Positions 1-10,903 are shown, counted from the stretch's first letter. The stretch is 64,000 nucleotides of DNA from Thermodesulfobacteriota bacterium (GCA_965232155.1 OZ246948.1:908829-972828), one strand, 5' to 3'. The notes: a model not told the origin generated them from the letters alone. Translations and numbers: made by a program.

Positions 1-1
1 G

Positions 2-163
2 CGTTCAAGGGGAATCTCGATGAGGCAGGCCAAAATAATAATGCTCCAGGCCTTTACTGGCGAGACCCTCGAGCATATGTCAATTGATTCAGTGAGAGAA
101 GCTCTTGAGGGTGTGGTCATGAAATGGTTTGAACAAAGGCTCCAGAACGGCAAAGGGAGGTAG
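2..163 (+). CDS. sufD: Fe-S cluster assembly protein SufD, C-terminal fragment (runs off window start)
   Basis: Own translation of frame 2: RSRGISMRQAKIIMLQAFTGETLEHMSIDSVREALE...GR*, matching the SufB/SufD C-terminal 'LRSRGI...A..L...AF..E' pattern; followed by a Rieske ferredoxin as in many suf operons. Confidence 0.75.
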   Translation, partial: RSRGISMRQAKIIMLQAFTGETLEHMSIDSVREALEGVVMKWFEQRLQNGKGR

Positions 164-170
164 GTGTTGT

Positions 171-485
171 ATGTCCGATTACAAGAAAGTGGCAGAAGTT
201 TCAGATGTAGCTGAAGGAGTAGTGGAATCCTTTTTCGTCGACGGAGATGTGGTTGCCGTATGCAGGGTAGAGGGGAATTTCTACGCCTTTCGGGACGAAT
301 GCACCCACCAGAACTTTCCTATTTCAGACGGCGACCTTGAGGGAGAACGCATCACCTGCTGTTATCATGGGGCTGAATTCGACGTCAAAACTGGTAGGGC
401 GCTCTGTCTTCCTGCAGTCGAACCTCTGGAGACCTACCCGGTAAAAATTGACGGGGACGACATACTTGTAAAGCTTGACGACTGA
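171..485 (+). CDS. Rieske [2Fe-2S] ferredoxin (suf-associated)
   Basis: CTH...CCYHG Rieske ligand motifs; GGAGG at 156-160 supports ATG 171 rather than the ORF-track start. Confidence 0.9.
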   Translation: MSDYKKVAEVSDVAEGVVESFFVDGDVVAVCRVEGNFYAFRDECTHQNFPISDGDLEGERITCCYHGAEFDVKTGRALCLPAVEPLETYPVKIDGDDILVKLDD

Positions 486-497
486 CCGCCCGCTTTT

Positions 498-923
498 TTA
501 ACCAGCAGGTTTGAATTTGGGGAGCGTGACCTCATCGGTAACGTCATCGAAGCAGACCTGCACTTCCATACCAATTGACACTTCATTTGGGTCTACGTCA
601 ATAACATTGGACATCATCTTGACTCCCTCGTCCATCTCAATAAGAGCCACTACATAAGGAGGCTCACCCTTGTACGCCTTGGATGGTCCCATGTGGTGTA
701 TGGAAAAAGTCCACACCTTCCCCCTTCCCTCACTCTCAACCCACTCTATGTCATCACTCATGTCCCCTCCCGGGGAAAGAGCCCTTGGGTAGAAGAAAAA
801 CTCCCCCGTCTCCCTTGATCTCGGAATAACCAGCTTGTGCTCCTTCGCCGCATCCCAAAACGGCTTCGTCTCAGGCCTGAATTCAGGCAAAGGCTTGTTG
901 TACGCTTTTTTCTCTTCTGACAT
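498..923 (-). CDS. DUF35-family (Zn-ribbon-like + OB-fold) thiolase partner protein
   Basis: PFWDAA..HKL, GRGKVWTFS, PYVVALIEMDEG..MMSN, IGMEVQV motifs; directly downstream of a thiolase-fold gene. Confidence 0.88.
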   Translation of the reverse strand: MSEEKKAYNKPLPEFRPETKPFWDAAKEHKLVIPRSRETGEFFFYPRALSPGGDMSDDIEWVESEGRGKVWTFSIHHMGPSKAYKGEPPYVVALIEMDEGVKMMSNVIDVDPNEVSIGMEVQVCFDDVTDEVTLPKFKPAG

Positions 924-947
924 CTTCTCAGTCTCCTTTGTTTATTG

Positions 948-2159
948 TTAGTTAACCGGCTGGTTACCAAGAACCACCGTGCTGTGAGCAGACACTATCC
1001 CCCCGTTTCCATGCACAACCGCAACCTCAGGGTCCTCAACCTGCCTACACCCGGCGTCTCCCCTTAACTGCAGAGTGGCTTCCACCACATGATGCATCGC
1101 TCCCAAATGAGCCTGGGAAAGCAGTCCCCCATGGGTATTAACAGGAAGGTCCTTCCCTATCTCCATCCTTCCCTCAAGGGCAAACGCCCCTCCCTCTCCC
1201 TTGGGAACAAACCCAAGTCCCTCAAGTTCAAGCAGCACTGTTATGGTGAAGCAGTCATAAAGAAACGCTATGTCTACATCCCTGGGTTCTATCCCAGCTG
1301 TGTTAAACGCCTTTTTCCCCGACCTTTCAACAGCGTCGTATATCTGATCAAGGTTCTCAAGAGACGTGAGGTACTGATGTGAGTATCCCTGTCCCATTCC
1401 CCAGAGGTAAGCAAGGTCGTTTTCTATTCCAAGCTCCTTGGCCTTGTCTTCCGTAGTCACTATGAAGGCCGCTCCTCCGTCAGAGATAATAGAGCAGTCA
1501 TACTTGGTAAGAGGCTCCGCTATAACCCTTGAACTGAGAACGTCCTCTATAGAAAGAGGATCCTTGTTCATTGCGTTTTCCTTATCCGCTGCGTGTTTTC
1601 TCATGGTTACGGCCACTGCAGCAAGGTGTTCCCTTCTGCTGTCCCAGTCATGCAGGTATCTCTGCGCCGCAAGTGCGTATCCCCCGGGAGTAGTGAGTCC
1701 GTAGGGGAACTCAAACTCAGCGTGGCACATCTCCCTTATAAGCGCTAGCATCCCGGAAGAGGATATCCCAGAGAGGGTGTTGTCCCCCCTTACGCAAAGC
1801 ACCACTTCAGACTGTCCAGACGCTATGGCCATGGCCGCCTCCGCGACCATCCACACCGCCGTGGCCCCTCCCACGGCTACCGAGGAGAAAAACCTCGGGT
1901 TCATGCCGAAGTAATCGGCAAAGGTGGTGCAGTGCATGAATGTGTGCTCAACGAGAGAGAATGCCGTTATCAGGCCGTCCACATCGTCTTTTTTTATTCC
2001 CGCGTCCTCAATTGCAAGCCTAGAGGCTTCGCTTAGGAAGTGAAAGGAGCTTTTATCCGGGATTTTGCCCTGTTCCGTTTCACCCACCCCCGCGATAACC
2101 ACTTTTTTCTTCTTAAGAAGTTCTCGGGTTTCCTGTATGCCGGGAAAGTTCTGTGACAT
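948..2159 (-). CDS. SCP2/Ltp-type thiolase-fold protein (possible aldolase)
   Basis: IAGVGET, DCSIISDGGAA, LYDCFT, NTHGGLLS motifs; AGGAGG RBS upstream; no Cys at the usual nucleophile position (VAVGGATA). Confidence 0.88.
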   Translation of the reverse strand: MSQNFPGIQETRELLKKKKVVIAGVGETEQGKIPDKSSFHFLSEASRLAIEDAGIKKDDVDGLITAFSLVEHTFMHCTTFADYFGMNPRFFSSVAVGGATAVWMVAEAAMAIASGQSEVVLCVRGDNTLSGISSSGMLALIREMCHAEFEFPYGLTTPGGYALAAQRYLHDWDSRREHLAAVAVTMRKHAADKENAMNKDPLSIEDVLSSRVIAEPLTKYDCSIISDGGAAFIVTTEDKAKELGIENDLAYLWGMGQGYSHQYLTSLENLDQIYDAVERSGKKAFNTAGIEPRDVDIAFLYDCFTITVLLELEGLGFVPKGEGGAFALEGRMEIGKDLPVNTHGGLLSQAHLGAMHHVVEATLQLRGDAGCRQVEDPEVAVVHGNGGIVSAHSTVVLGNQPVN

Positions 2160-2216
2160 TGTAATGCTTCCTCCTTGCTTAAAACTTAGTGCTCTTTGTT
2201 ATTCAAAATCCGTATC

Positions 2217-2246
2217 ATATTACTACATACACATGCCTTTTGCCAA
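2217..2246 (-). promoter_or_regulatory. Putative sigma70 promoter for thiolase-DUF35 operon
   Basis: Minus strand TTGGCA-N18-TAATAT. Confidence 0.4.
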
Positions 2247-2316
2247 ACTTTACGGGCCGAGGCCTTTGCGCAAATTACTCTCTTTTTACATTCAAAGGGA
2301 GTATAATGTTTCGGAA

Positions 2317-3414
2317 ATGGAACTTGGATATTTCACTATGCCTCTTCATCCGTTCGGCTCTCCCCTTTCCGATACGCTCGAAGCGGACATGGAGCAGATG
2401 GTTTTTCTTGATGAAATCGGTTTCAGGGAAGCCTGGATAGGGGAACACTTCACGGCGGGCTGGGAGAACATACCTGCCCCCGATCTTTTCATAGCCAAAG
2501 CAGCTGCTCTTACTAAACGGATAATCTTCGGTACGGGAGTTTCATGCCTGCCTCAGCATGACCCTTTTATGCTTGCCCACAGGATCGCGGTTCTCGACCA
2601 CCTGCTTAAGGGAAGATTCTACTGGGGAGTGGGAGCCGGAAGTTTCATCGGAGATTTACAAGCGTTCGGTATAAACCCGAAAACAGGGGAACAAAGACGG
2701 CTTATGAACGAGTCCCTTGAGATGATACTTAATCTCTGGAACAACCCGAGCCCGGGTGTCTACTCTAACTCCCGGTGGAAATTCACCGTTCCTGATCCGG
2801 TGGAAAGGGTAGGTCTCGGAGTGCACACGAAACCCTACCAGGAGCCTCATCCTCCTATAGCGGTTGCGGGAATCTCTGAGAATTCTGCGAGTCTTAGGAC
2901 GGCCGGGGAACGTGACTGGATACCTATGAGCATAAATTTCGTTATCACCGATGTGCTTAAATCTCACTGGGCGGGATACGAGCAGGGCGCGGAGGCCGCA
3001 GGCAGAACGCCGGATAGGTTGAAATGGAGAATCGCAAGGGACGTCTATGTCGCGGAGACAACAGAAGAGGCGAGAAAAGAAGTAATAGAGGGCACGCTCG
3101 CAAGAGATTTCCGGGATTATTTTTTCACTATAGTTCCCATGATAAGAAACAACCTGAATCTGTTTAAGATTGACAAGTCAATGTCGGACCGGGAAGTGAC
3201 AATGGATTACATGATCGAGAATTTGTGGCTTGTGGGAAGTCCTGAGGATGTCGCCCGGAAAATAATCGAACTTCATGAATTCGTCGGGGGATTCGGGGTG
3301 CTTCTGGCAATGGGACACGAGTGGAATCCGAAGGAAAAATGGGAGAAATCAATGAGGTTGCTAAAAGAAGAAGTTCTTCCGATTGTGAAAAAAAATCTGC
3401 GGCGGGGGGCCTGA
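2317..3414 (+). CDS. Luciferase-like (LLM class) flavin-dependent monooxygenase
   Basis: MELGYFTMPLHP N-terminus, EAWIGEH, LDHL..GR..GVG.G, KPYQEPHPPI, WLVGSPEDV; true start likely ATG 2317 because the longer ORF overlaps the thiolase. Confidence 0.9.
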   Translation: MELGYFTMPLHPFGSPLSDTLEADMEQMVFLDEIGFREAWIGEHFTAGWENIPAPDLFIAKAAALTKRIIFGTGVSCLPQHDPFMLAHRIAVLDHLLKGRFYWGVGAGSFIGDLQAFGINPKTGEQRRLMNESLEMILNLWNNPSPGVYSNSRWKFTVPDPVERVGLGVHTKPYQEPHPPIAVAGISENSASLRTAGERDWIPMSINFVITDVLKSHWAGYEQGAEAAGRTPDRLKWRIARDVYVAETTEEARKEVIEGTLARDFRDYFFTIVPMIRNNLNLFKIDKSMSDREVTMDYMIENLWLVGSPEDVARKIIELHEFVGGFGVLLAMGHEWNPKEKWEKSMRLLKEEVLPIVKKNLRRGA

Positions 3415-3430
3415 GAGCGCCCGGGGTTCT

Positions 3431-4165
3431 TCAGGACTGCGACTGCGGTTCGTGATGGTAGTGAATTCCGCATTCTTTGTCCGAGCCCTTCTCCCACGAC
3501 CATCTGCCGGCTCTCGGGTCTTCTCCCTCCTCGACGGCCCTCGTGCAGGGAGCGCATCCTATGCTTGGATGTCGCATGTCATGAAGCTTGTTATAGGGAA
3601 CCTCGTTTTTCCTTACGTAGTCCCATACCTGGTCGATGGTCCAGTCGAGGATGGGGTTTATCTTGAGCATGTTTCCGTGCAGGTAGTCAATTTCAAACTT
3701 GCTTGCCTCTGCCCGCTGCTCCGTCTGAGTTGCCCTTATGGCTGTAATCCAGGCGTCTAGGGTTTTTAAGTATCCGTTCAGCGGGTTGGTTTTTCGCACC
3801 TTGCAGCAGAGTCTTCTGTTCTCGATGCTTTTGTAAAAAAGATTTACCCCGCGGCTGGTCACCATTTCCTCCACTTCAGCCGTGTCAGGGAAAAGCACCT
3901 CGATGTTGATATTGTACTTTTCTCTTGTTTTGTCCATAACGTCGTACGTCTGCGAATGAAGCCTTCCGGTGTCAACAGTGACGATTCTCGCTTCGGGGTC
4001 CGCCTTTACGAACATGTCGACAAGCACCATCCCCTGGATCTGAAAGCTGGTCGAAAGCACCACCGAGCGACCGAGGTTCGCAGAAGCCCAGGCGAAGATA
4101 TCCTCGGGGGAACTTCGCTCAAACTCGCGATTGAGATTTTTAACGTCTTCTTCAGAGAATTTCAT
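3431..4165 (-). CDS. cysH: Adenylylsulfate (APS)/PAPS reductase
   Basis: VDTG, CCKVRK, SIGCAPCT and ECGIH motifs; CC plus CxxC indicates the 4Fe-4S APS-type enzyme. Confidence 0.92.
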   Translation of the reverse strand: MKFSEEDVKNLNREFERSSPEDIFAWASANLGRSVVLSTSFQIQGMVLVDMFVKADPEARIVTVDTGRLHSQTYDVMDKTREKYNINIEVLFPDTAEVEEMVTSRGVNLFYKSIENRRLCCKVRKTNPLNGYLKTLDAWITAIRATQTEQRAEASKFEIDYLHGNMLKINPILDWTIDQVWDYVRKNEVPYNKLHDMRHPSIGCAPCTRAVEEGEDPRAGRWSWEKGSDKECGIHYHHEPQSQS

Positions 4166-5173
4166 CTAACCCAGAAAACTCAGATACGACGACAGGCCGT
4201 ACTTTATGTATATGAGGGATACATAGTAACTTACCCCTACGGTTATCACAGGAACAATAAACCAGAAAAAACCGATTTTAACAACATGGCTGTTTTTGGA
4301 AGTCTGGACGAATCCGTGCTGCGCGCACGAAAAACCCACAACCCCGGCTGTTACTATCTCGGCAATCGAAACCGGAATTCCGTATAACGAAGCGAGCAGT
4401 ATTATCACCGCAGCCGTAAACTCAACCGAGATAGCCCTTATGATGCATATCTCCGTTATTTTTTTCCCCAGCGTCTCAAGCACCCTGCCTCCCAGCAGAA
4501 TTGCTCCCACCCCCATTGCGACACCGGCAAGAATCGCGCCCGGATAGGAGTCTATCAGCCCTAGGCTTACTATCGGCCCTATGGCGTTTGCGGAATTATT
4601 GGCGCCTCCCGAAAAAGCGATGAAAGTTCCGGATATGGTAATCAGCACGGTCAGGATGACATTGACTCTTTTCTCCGAGAAATTACTTGCGAGATAGTGG
4701 ACTATCTTGAAATAGAAAAGCTTTGCCACGGCAAAATTTATTAACCAGGCGGCTATAGGCGCCAGAATCCACCATTTGAGCACCCGGATGAAGCTGTCGG
4801 AATTAAGCGTCTGAGTATAGAGGCCGATTCCCACTATGGCGCACACTATGGCGTGGGTGGTTGCTATGGGCGTGCGGACTACATTCGCCCAGGCGATGAA
4901 ACCTATCCCGAGAAGCAGAATTATAAATATGAAGCCTATATCGGAAGAGAGGGTCTCGGCCGGCACTATTCCCTTGCCTACGGTTTCCACCACGGGAGCT
5001 CCGGCAGTAAGCGCTCCCAGGAGAGCGAAGATAGCTATGAGCCATACGGCCTGTCTTTTCGACCTTACTCCGGCACCGTATGATGTCGCCATGGACGCCG
5101 CGGAATTGTTGGCTCCTATGTTGAGGGCCAGAAATGCCGAAAGCACGAGTGTTACAACAAGTAAAACGCTCAA
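4166..5173 (-). CDS. PiT-family anion permease, probable sulfate permease (CysP-like)
   Basis: Duplicated GANN.A motifs, multiple TM segments; abuts cysH with no gap. Confidence 0.85.
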   Translation of the reverse strand: MSVLLVVTLVLSAFLALNIGANNSAASMATSYGAGVRSKRQAVWLIAIFALLGALTAGAPVVETVGKGIVPAETLSSDIGFIFIILLLGIGFIAWANVVRTPIATTHAIVCAIVGIGLYTQTLNSDSFIRVLKWWILAPIAAWLINFAVAKLFYFKIVHYLASNFSEKRVNVILTVLITISGTFIAFSGGANNSANAIGPIVSLGLIDSYPGAILAGVAMGVGAILLGGRVLETLGKKITEICIIRAISVEFTAAVIILLASLYGIPVSIAEIVTAGVVGFSCAQHGFVQTSKNSHVVKIGFFWFIVPVITVGVSYYVSLIYIKYGLSSYLSFLG

Positions 5174-5273
5174 TAAATTATCTCCCCGCCTAAATGTCGG
5201 CGGCAGTAATTAGGTAAAAACCAATTATCATTCCGGTTTGTACGAAAAACAAAAGAGTTTTGCGTGGAGTTTT

Positions 5274-5816
5274 CTAGAGAAGTTCCGAAACCCTGAATAT
5301 GGAAAAAAAGCTACAGCTCCGCTCAAGGAAAGTTTTTTCCGTCTCCTCTCCCCTGTCGACGACGCAGAAAACCCCGCGGACTTCGGCTCCGGCGGACTCA
5401 ACAAGATCAATGGCTCTTAGAACGGAACCGCCAGTGGTAATCACGTCCTCAACTATTGCCACGCTGTCTCCCTGGGTAAGTCCGCCCTCTATCATGTTTC
5501 CGGTTCCGTGTTCTTTTTCCTTCTTCCTTACTATGAATCCGCGAAGCGGCATACCCTGCTCATAACTTTTGGAAATTATAGCTCCCACCATCGGGTCGGC
5601 GCCGCTGGACGGCCCCCCGACGGCAGTTACGTCTCCCCGAGCGGCGATTTCGCCCAGAAATATTTCCGATATCAGGTGGGCGCCTTCGGGATCCAGGGTC
5701 GTGTGCCTGGCGTCAATGTAGTAGGAACTCTGTTTTCCCGATGCCAAGGTGAAATTTCCGAGCAGGATTGATTTGCTTTTGAGAATTAGTTTTAATTTTT
5801 CTCTGCTCTTGTTCAT
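5274..5816 (-). CDS. pyrE: Orotate phosphoribosyltransferase
   Basis: FTLASGKQSSYYID, RKKEKEHG, IVEDVITTGGS PRPP motif; start placed at MNKSRE. Confidence 0.95.
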   Translation of the reverse strand: MNKSREKLKLILKSKSILLGNFTLASGKQSSYYIDARHTTLDPEGAHLISEIFLGEIAARGDVTAVGGPSSGADPMVGAIISKSYEQGMPLRGFIVRKKEKEHGTGNMIEGGLTQGDSVAIVEDVITTGGSVLRAIDLVESAGAEVRGVFCVVDRGEETEKTFLERSCSFFSIFRVSELL

Positions 5817-5868
5817 CTTCCGGGATTCCGAACCGAATGAAACCTTATTTTCGTAATTGTACCTATTG

Positions 5869-7281
5869 ATGGGGAAAATCAATAAACCGGATCGGCTCCT
5901 TGTTCTGTGCGGAACAGCCGTTTTTCTCCTGCTTGCGGCTATAGCTAAAATCTCTCCGCAACTCTCCTCCGGGGCTTTTGAGAAAGACCTGATACCGGTT
6001 TTCATATCGCTTCTGATTGTCGCTTCGGCTGTTTATTTCGCGGCGGTGGGAAGTTTCAGAAAAAACCGTGCGTGTTCCCTTCTTCTTATAGTCCTTTTCG
6101 GTATCGGGTTCCGCGTTCTGTTTCTTTTTTCGACCCCGATACTTGAAAACGACTATCACCGCTACTTCTGGGACGGCGCCGTTGTTGCAGGAGGAATGAA
6201 TCCCTACGAGTATTCCCCGGAGGAAGTGGCGGAAGGCGTGGAAAACGAAAAACTTAAGGAACTCAGGCGCCTCTACGGCGATACGCTTGAGAAAGTAAAC
6301 CACCCCCACGTAAAAACCATCTATCCGCCTGTCGCGGAATTGCTCTTTGCCGTCTCCTACAAGATATCTCCCATGGGTATCACGGCGTGGAGGATTCTGC
6401 TCATGGTGTTTGATCTGGTTACGCTGGGGCTACTGCTTGCCAGTCTTAAGAAGCTCGGTATTCCTCGTCAATATTCCATTATCTACTGGTGGAACCCGCT
6501 TCTGGTTAAGGAGATATTCAATTCCCTGCACATGGACGTCCTTGCGTTTCCGTTCGTGCTGGGAGCAATTCTGCTTTTTCTCTGCGAGAGGAAAAGACTC
6601 TGGGCGCTCGTCCTTTCCTTCGCGGTGGGAGTAAAGCTCTGGCCGGCGCTTCTTTTCGGAATGTTTTTAAGCCCCCTTAAGGAGAAACGCCAGACGCTGC
6701 TGCAGGTCCTTATTTTCGCCGCCGCGGTCTTAATCATATTTCTTCCCATGATTGCATTCAAGCTGGATTCGACTTCCGGCATCGTAGCGTACGGAAAAAC
6801 CTGGCAGAACAACAGCCCGTTTTTCACGGCGGTTCTTTCGGGATGGGGGTCTGTCCTTGAGGCGTTTGGTATTCACCCCGGACACGCGCACACACATTCA
6901 AGAATCGGTCTTGTCGCGATTCTTCTTGCCTGGAAGTTTTACGTGGCGTTTGTATGCAGGTCTTTAGGGCTGCACAGAAAAGCTCTTCTCATAATTGGAG
7001 GTGTGTTTCTGCTCGCCCCGGCACAGTTTCCCTGGTACTACACGTGGCTTCTTCCGTTTCTCTGCATAGCTCCAAGCCCGGGTTTCCTTGCTCTTACAGC
7101 CCTGCTCCCTCTTTACTATCTTCAGTACTATTTTCCCCCTAACCTCGAGGAAGGTGGAATATTCGGAAACATGGTGATATGGATAGAGTTTGCGCCCGTG
7201 TGGGTTCTTCTCGCCTGGGAATGGTGGAGGTTTCGGGTTTCAAAGAAAGCCTCGGCCATACGAACGGACATCAGTTGGTAG
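5869..7281 (+). CDS. GT-C fold membrane glycosyltransferase (GT87/mannosyltransferase-like)
   Basis: ENDYHRYFWDG, NPY, TIYPP, WWNPL..E..NS.HMD, VKLWP, PWY..W motifs; many TM helices. Confidence 0.78.
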   Translation: MGKINKPDRLLVLCGTAVFLLLAAIAKISPQLSSGAFEKDLIPVFISLLIVASAVYFAAVGSFRKNRACSLLLIVLFGIGFRVLFLFSTPILENDYHRYFWDGAVVAGGMNPYEYSPEEVAEGVENEKLKELRRLYGDTLEKVNHPHVKTIYPPVAELLFAVSYKISPMGITAWRILLMVFDLVTLGLLLASLKKLGIPRQYSIIYWWNPLLVKEIFNSLHMDVLAFPFVLGAILLFLCERKRLWALVLSFAVGVKLWPALLFGMFLSPLKEKRQTLLQVLIFAAAVLIIFLPMIAFKLDSTSGIVAYGKTWQNNSPFFTAVLSGWGSVLEAFGIHPGHAHTHSRIGLVAILLAWKFYVAFVCRSLGLHRKALLIIGGVFLLAPAQFPWYYTWLLPFLCIAPSPGFLALTALLPLYYLQYYFPPNLEEGGIFGNMVIWIEFAPVWVLLAWEWWRFRVSKKASAIRTDISW

Positions 7282-7330
7282 TGGCTGAGGAGAAGAGATC
7301 ATTCAGGTTGCCGAACGACTCTTATAATCA

Positions 7331-8725
<1,395 letters not shown>

Positions 8726-8770
8726 TCATGCTGCGATACTTACTTTAAAGTCCCCGAATCTCCGCGTTCA

Positions 8771-8799
8771 TTGACACCGGCAGAGCCTTTTGGTACTCT
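8771..8799 (+). promoter_or_regulatory. Sigma70 promoter for acyP-MBL-ftsB
   Basis: TTGACA-N17-TACTCT, 11 nt upstream of ATG 8811. Confidence 0.7.
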
Positions 8800-8810
8800 G
8801 AAATGACCGG

Positions 8811-9104
8811 ATGGAACGAAGAGTCGTTATCTTGGTAAAGGGAAGGGTGCAGGGAGTTTATTTCAGAGCCTCAGCGACCCAGACTGCAACTGAGCTCGGC
8901 ATCAGGGGGCACGTCGAGAACCTCATGGATGGAAACGTCAGAATAGTAGCTGAAGGAACGACCGAGAACCTGCAAAAGCTGATTGAGTGGTGCGGAGAAG
9001 GGCCTCCGGGCGCGAAGGTCGAATCGGTTGAGTGCAAGTGGTTACCACCTGAGGGCGGGTTCATCGGTTTTCGTATAAAGAGGACTCAAAGGAGATCAGG
9101 TTGA
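8811..9104 (+). CDS. acyP: Acylphosphatase
   Basis: GRVQGVYFR, G.VEN..DG.V, GPP.AKV motifs. Confidence 0.95.
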   Translation: MERRVVILVKGRVQGVYFRASATQTATELGIRGHVENLMDGNVRIVAEGTTENLQKLIEWCGEGPPGAKVESVECKWLPPEGGFIGFRIKRTQRRSG

Positions 9105-9745
9105 TAATAGAATGCATCCCGGGCGGGGTATTCATTGAAAACTGTTACATCATAGGGGATGAAGATACGAATGAAGCTATGCTCGTTGATCCCGGAGAGC
9201 AGATAGCGGAGATCTCCACTAGAATCGAAAGATCGGGGTTCAAGGTAAAAAAAATAGTTAACACCCACACGCACCTGGATCACGTGGCCGGTGTCGAGAC
9301 TTTCAAGAAAACGCTTGGCATACCCTTTTACATACACGAGAAAGAACAACCCGTGCTTGATATGCTTCCCGAGGCGAAGACGAGGATCCCCGGATTTGAC
9401 TTTGTCGAAGTTCCCGAGGTAGATGGTTACGTGAAAGAAGGAGAAACCCTTTCTGTGGGGAATCTCACGGGAGAAATACTCCTTGTTCCGGGACACACCT
9501 GGGGGCATATATGTTTTGTTTTCGAAGAATCGATAATAGCTGGAGACACTGTTTTCTCTGGAAGCGTGGGCAGGGTGGATCTTACCGGGGGAACCACCAT
9601 GAAGGAGCTTGTAGAGTCGATACGCTCCGAGATTCTTAAATATCCTGACCATTACGAGATTCATCCAGGCCACGGCCCTCAAACGACAGTGGGAATTGAA
9701 AAAAGGATCAATCCTTTTCTCGTTGGAACTTCTGAGGACATATGA
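9101..9745 (+). CDS. MBL-fold metallo-hydrolase (glyoxalase II-like)
   Basis: THTHLDH, PGHT.GH, GDTVF..SVGR.D, HPGHG. Confidence 0.92.
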   Translation: MIIECIPGGVFIENCYIIGDEDTNEAMLVDPGEQIAEISTRIERSGFKVKKIVNTHTHLDHVAGVETFKKTLGIPFYIHEKEQPVLDMLPEAKTRIPGFDFVEVPEVDGYVKEGETLSVGNLTGEILLVPGHTWGHICFVFEESIIAGDTVFSGSVGRVDLTGGTTMKELVESIRSEILKYPDHYEIHPGHGPQTTVGIEKRINPFLVGTSEDI

Positions 9746-10017
9746 GGCCGCAAAAATTCATCAGGCTGGCCGTGTACTCGGTGATTGCCGTGGTGGTGGC
9801 CTTGGTGTTTTTCAACGAGATTTCCAAAGTCTATTTTCTCAAGAACGAAAACAAGAGGATAGAGAAGAGGATAGAGGGCCTGGAAGCGCAGAACAAGGCG
9901 TACAGAGAGGAAATAAAGGCCCTTAAGCAAGACGAAAGATACATTGAGAAAGTACTGAGAGAGGAACTGGGGATGATAAAAGATAAAGAAAAGATATTCA
10001 GGTTCAAAGAAGAATAA
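9742..10017 (+). CDS. ftsB: Septum formation initiator FtsB/DivIC
   Basis: N-terminal TM, coiled coil, YIEK..REELGMIK..E C-terminal motif. Confidence 0.85.
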   Translation: MRPQKFIRLAVYSVIAVVVALVFFNEISKVYFLKNENKRIEKRIEGLEAQNKAYREEIKALKQDERYIEKVLREELGMIKDKEKIFRFKEE

Positions 10018-10084
10018 CCTGGCGACCTTCATTCTTTGTCTACATAGTTAAGAATTGTTCTGAGACAGTATCCGCTTTAAACGG

Positions 10085-10903
10085 ATGGATGATATGGAGC
10101 GGGAGCAGGTATTCCGTCAGACTAAGAGGCTCGGACAAAATTTTCTGAACGACCCCAACATACTTCGTAAGATATGCGCCACCGCAAAGCTCGACAAAGA
10201 AGATCATGTGATTGAAATCGGACCCGGCAAGGGCAGCCTCACGGAGCATCTCGCACACGGTGCCGGCAAAGTCACAGCAATTGAGAAAGACAAGAGGCTG
10301 AGAACCTTTCTTGACGAGAAATTCGGGGAATCTGCAAACGTCAGATTTTTTTACGAAGACATTCTTAAAATCAGCTTCAGCCGTTTTTCCGACGGGAGAG
10401 AAACGAAGCTCGTATCCAACCTTCCCTATAACATATCCACCCAGATTCTTCTTAAGCTTCTTGATGAAAGAGAACTTTTCTCGAGAATAGTTGTGATGCT
10501 GCAAAAGGAAGTGGCACAGAGGATATCTTCTGCAAAGGGGCGCAAGAGCTACGGCTCCCTCTCGGTGCTTCTCCAGAGCTGTTTCAGCGTAGAGCTTGCC
10601 TTCAAGGTTTCCCGCCGCGTGTTCTATCCGGTTCCCGAAGTGGATTCGGCGGTGGTGGTGCTTGATCCGCTTGAGGAGCCCGTGTTTTCTGTGTCGAGCG
10701 AGAAGACCTTCAGGACCGTTACCAGGTACGCGTTTTCCTCGCGGAGAAAGACCATAAAGAATTCGCTCAGCAACTTCTTTGAGAGGGAGACCGTTGAACG
10801 GGCACTTTCAGATTCAAGTATCGATCAGCGAAGAAGGGCGGAATCACTTTCGATTGAGGAATTCGCGAGATTGGCTGACAGCTTCCACGCAATAAATCAG
10901 TAG
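10085..10903 (+). CDS. rsmA: 16S rRNA m6(2)A dimethyltransferase
   Basis: LGQNFL, EIGPGKG, NLPYNIST, MLQKEVA.R, RRAE.LS. Confidence 0.96.
   Translation: MDDMEREQVFRQTKRLGQNFLNDPNILRKICATAKLDKEDHVIEIGPGKGSLTEHLAHGAGKVTAIEKDKRLRTFLDEKFGESANVRFFYEDILKISFSRFSDGRETKLVSNLPYNISTQILLKLLDERELFSRIVVMLQKEVAQRISSAKGRKSYGSLSVLLQSCFSVELAFKVSRRVFYPVPEVDSAVVVLDPLEEPVFSVSSEKTFRTVTRYAFSSRRKTIKNSLSNFFERETVERALSDSSIDQRRRAESLSIEEFARLADSFHAINQ

Noticed and set aside
2065-2316. Long N-terminal extensions in the ORF track (LLM; also pyrE, pmtA, ruvA, murE, rsmH, murJ, Rieske)
   Set aside because: They overlap neighbouring genes or promoters; family similarity and RBS position support downstream starts
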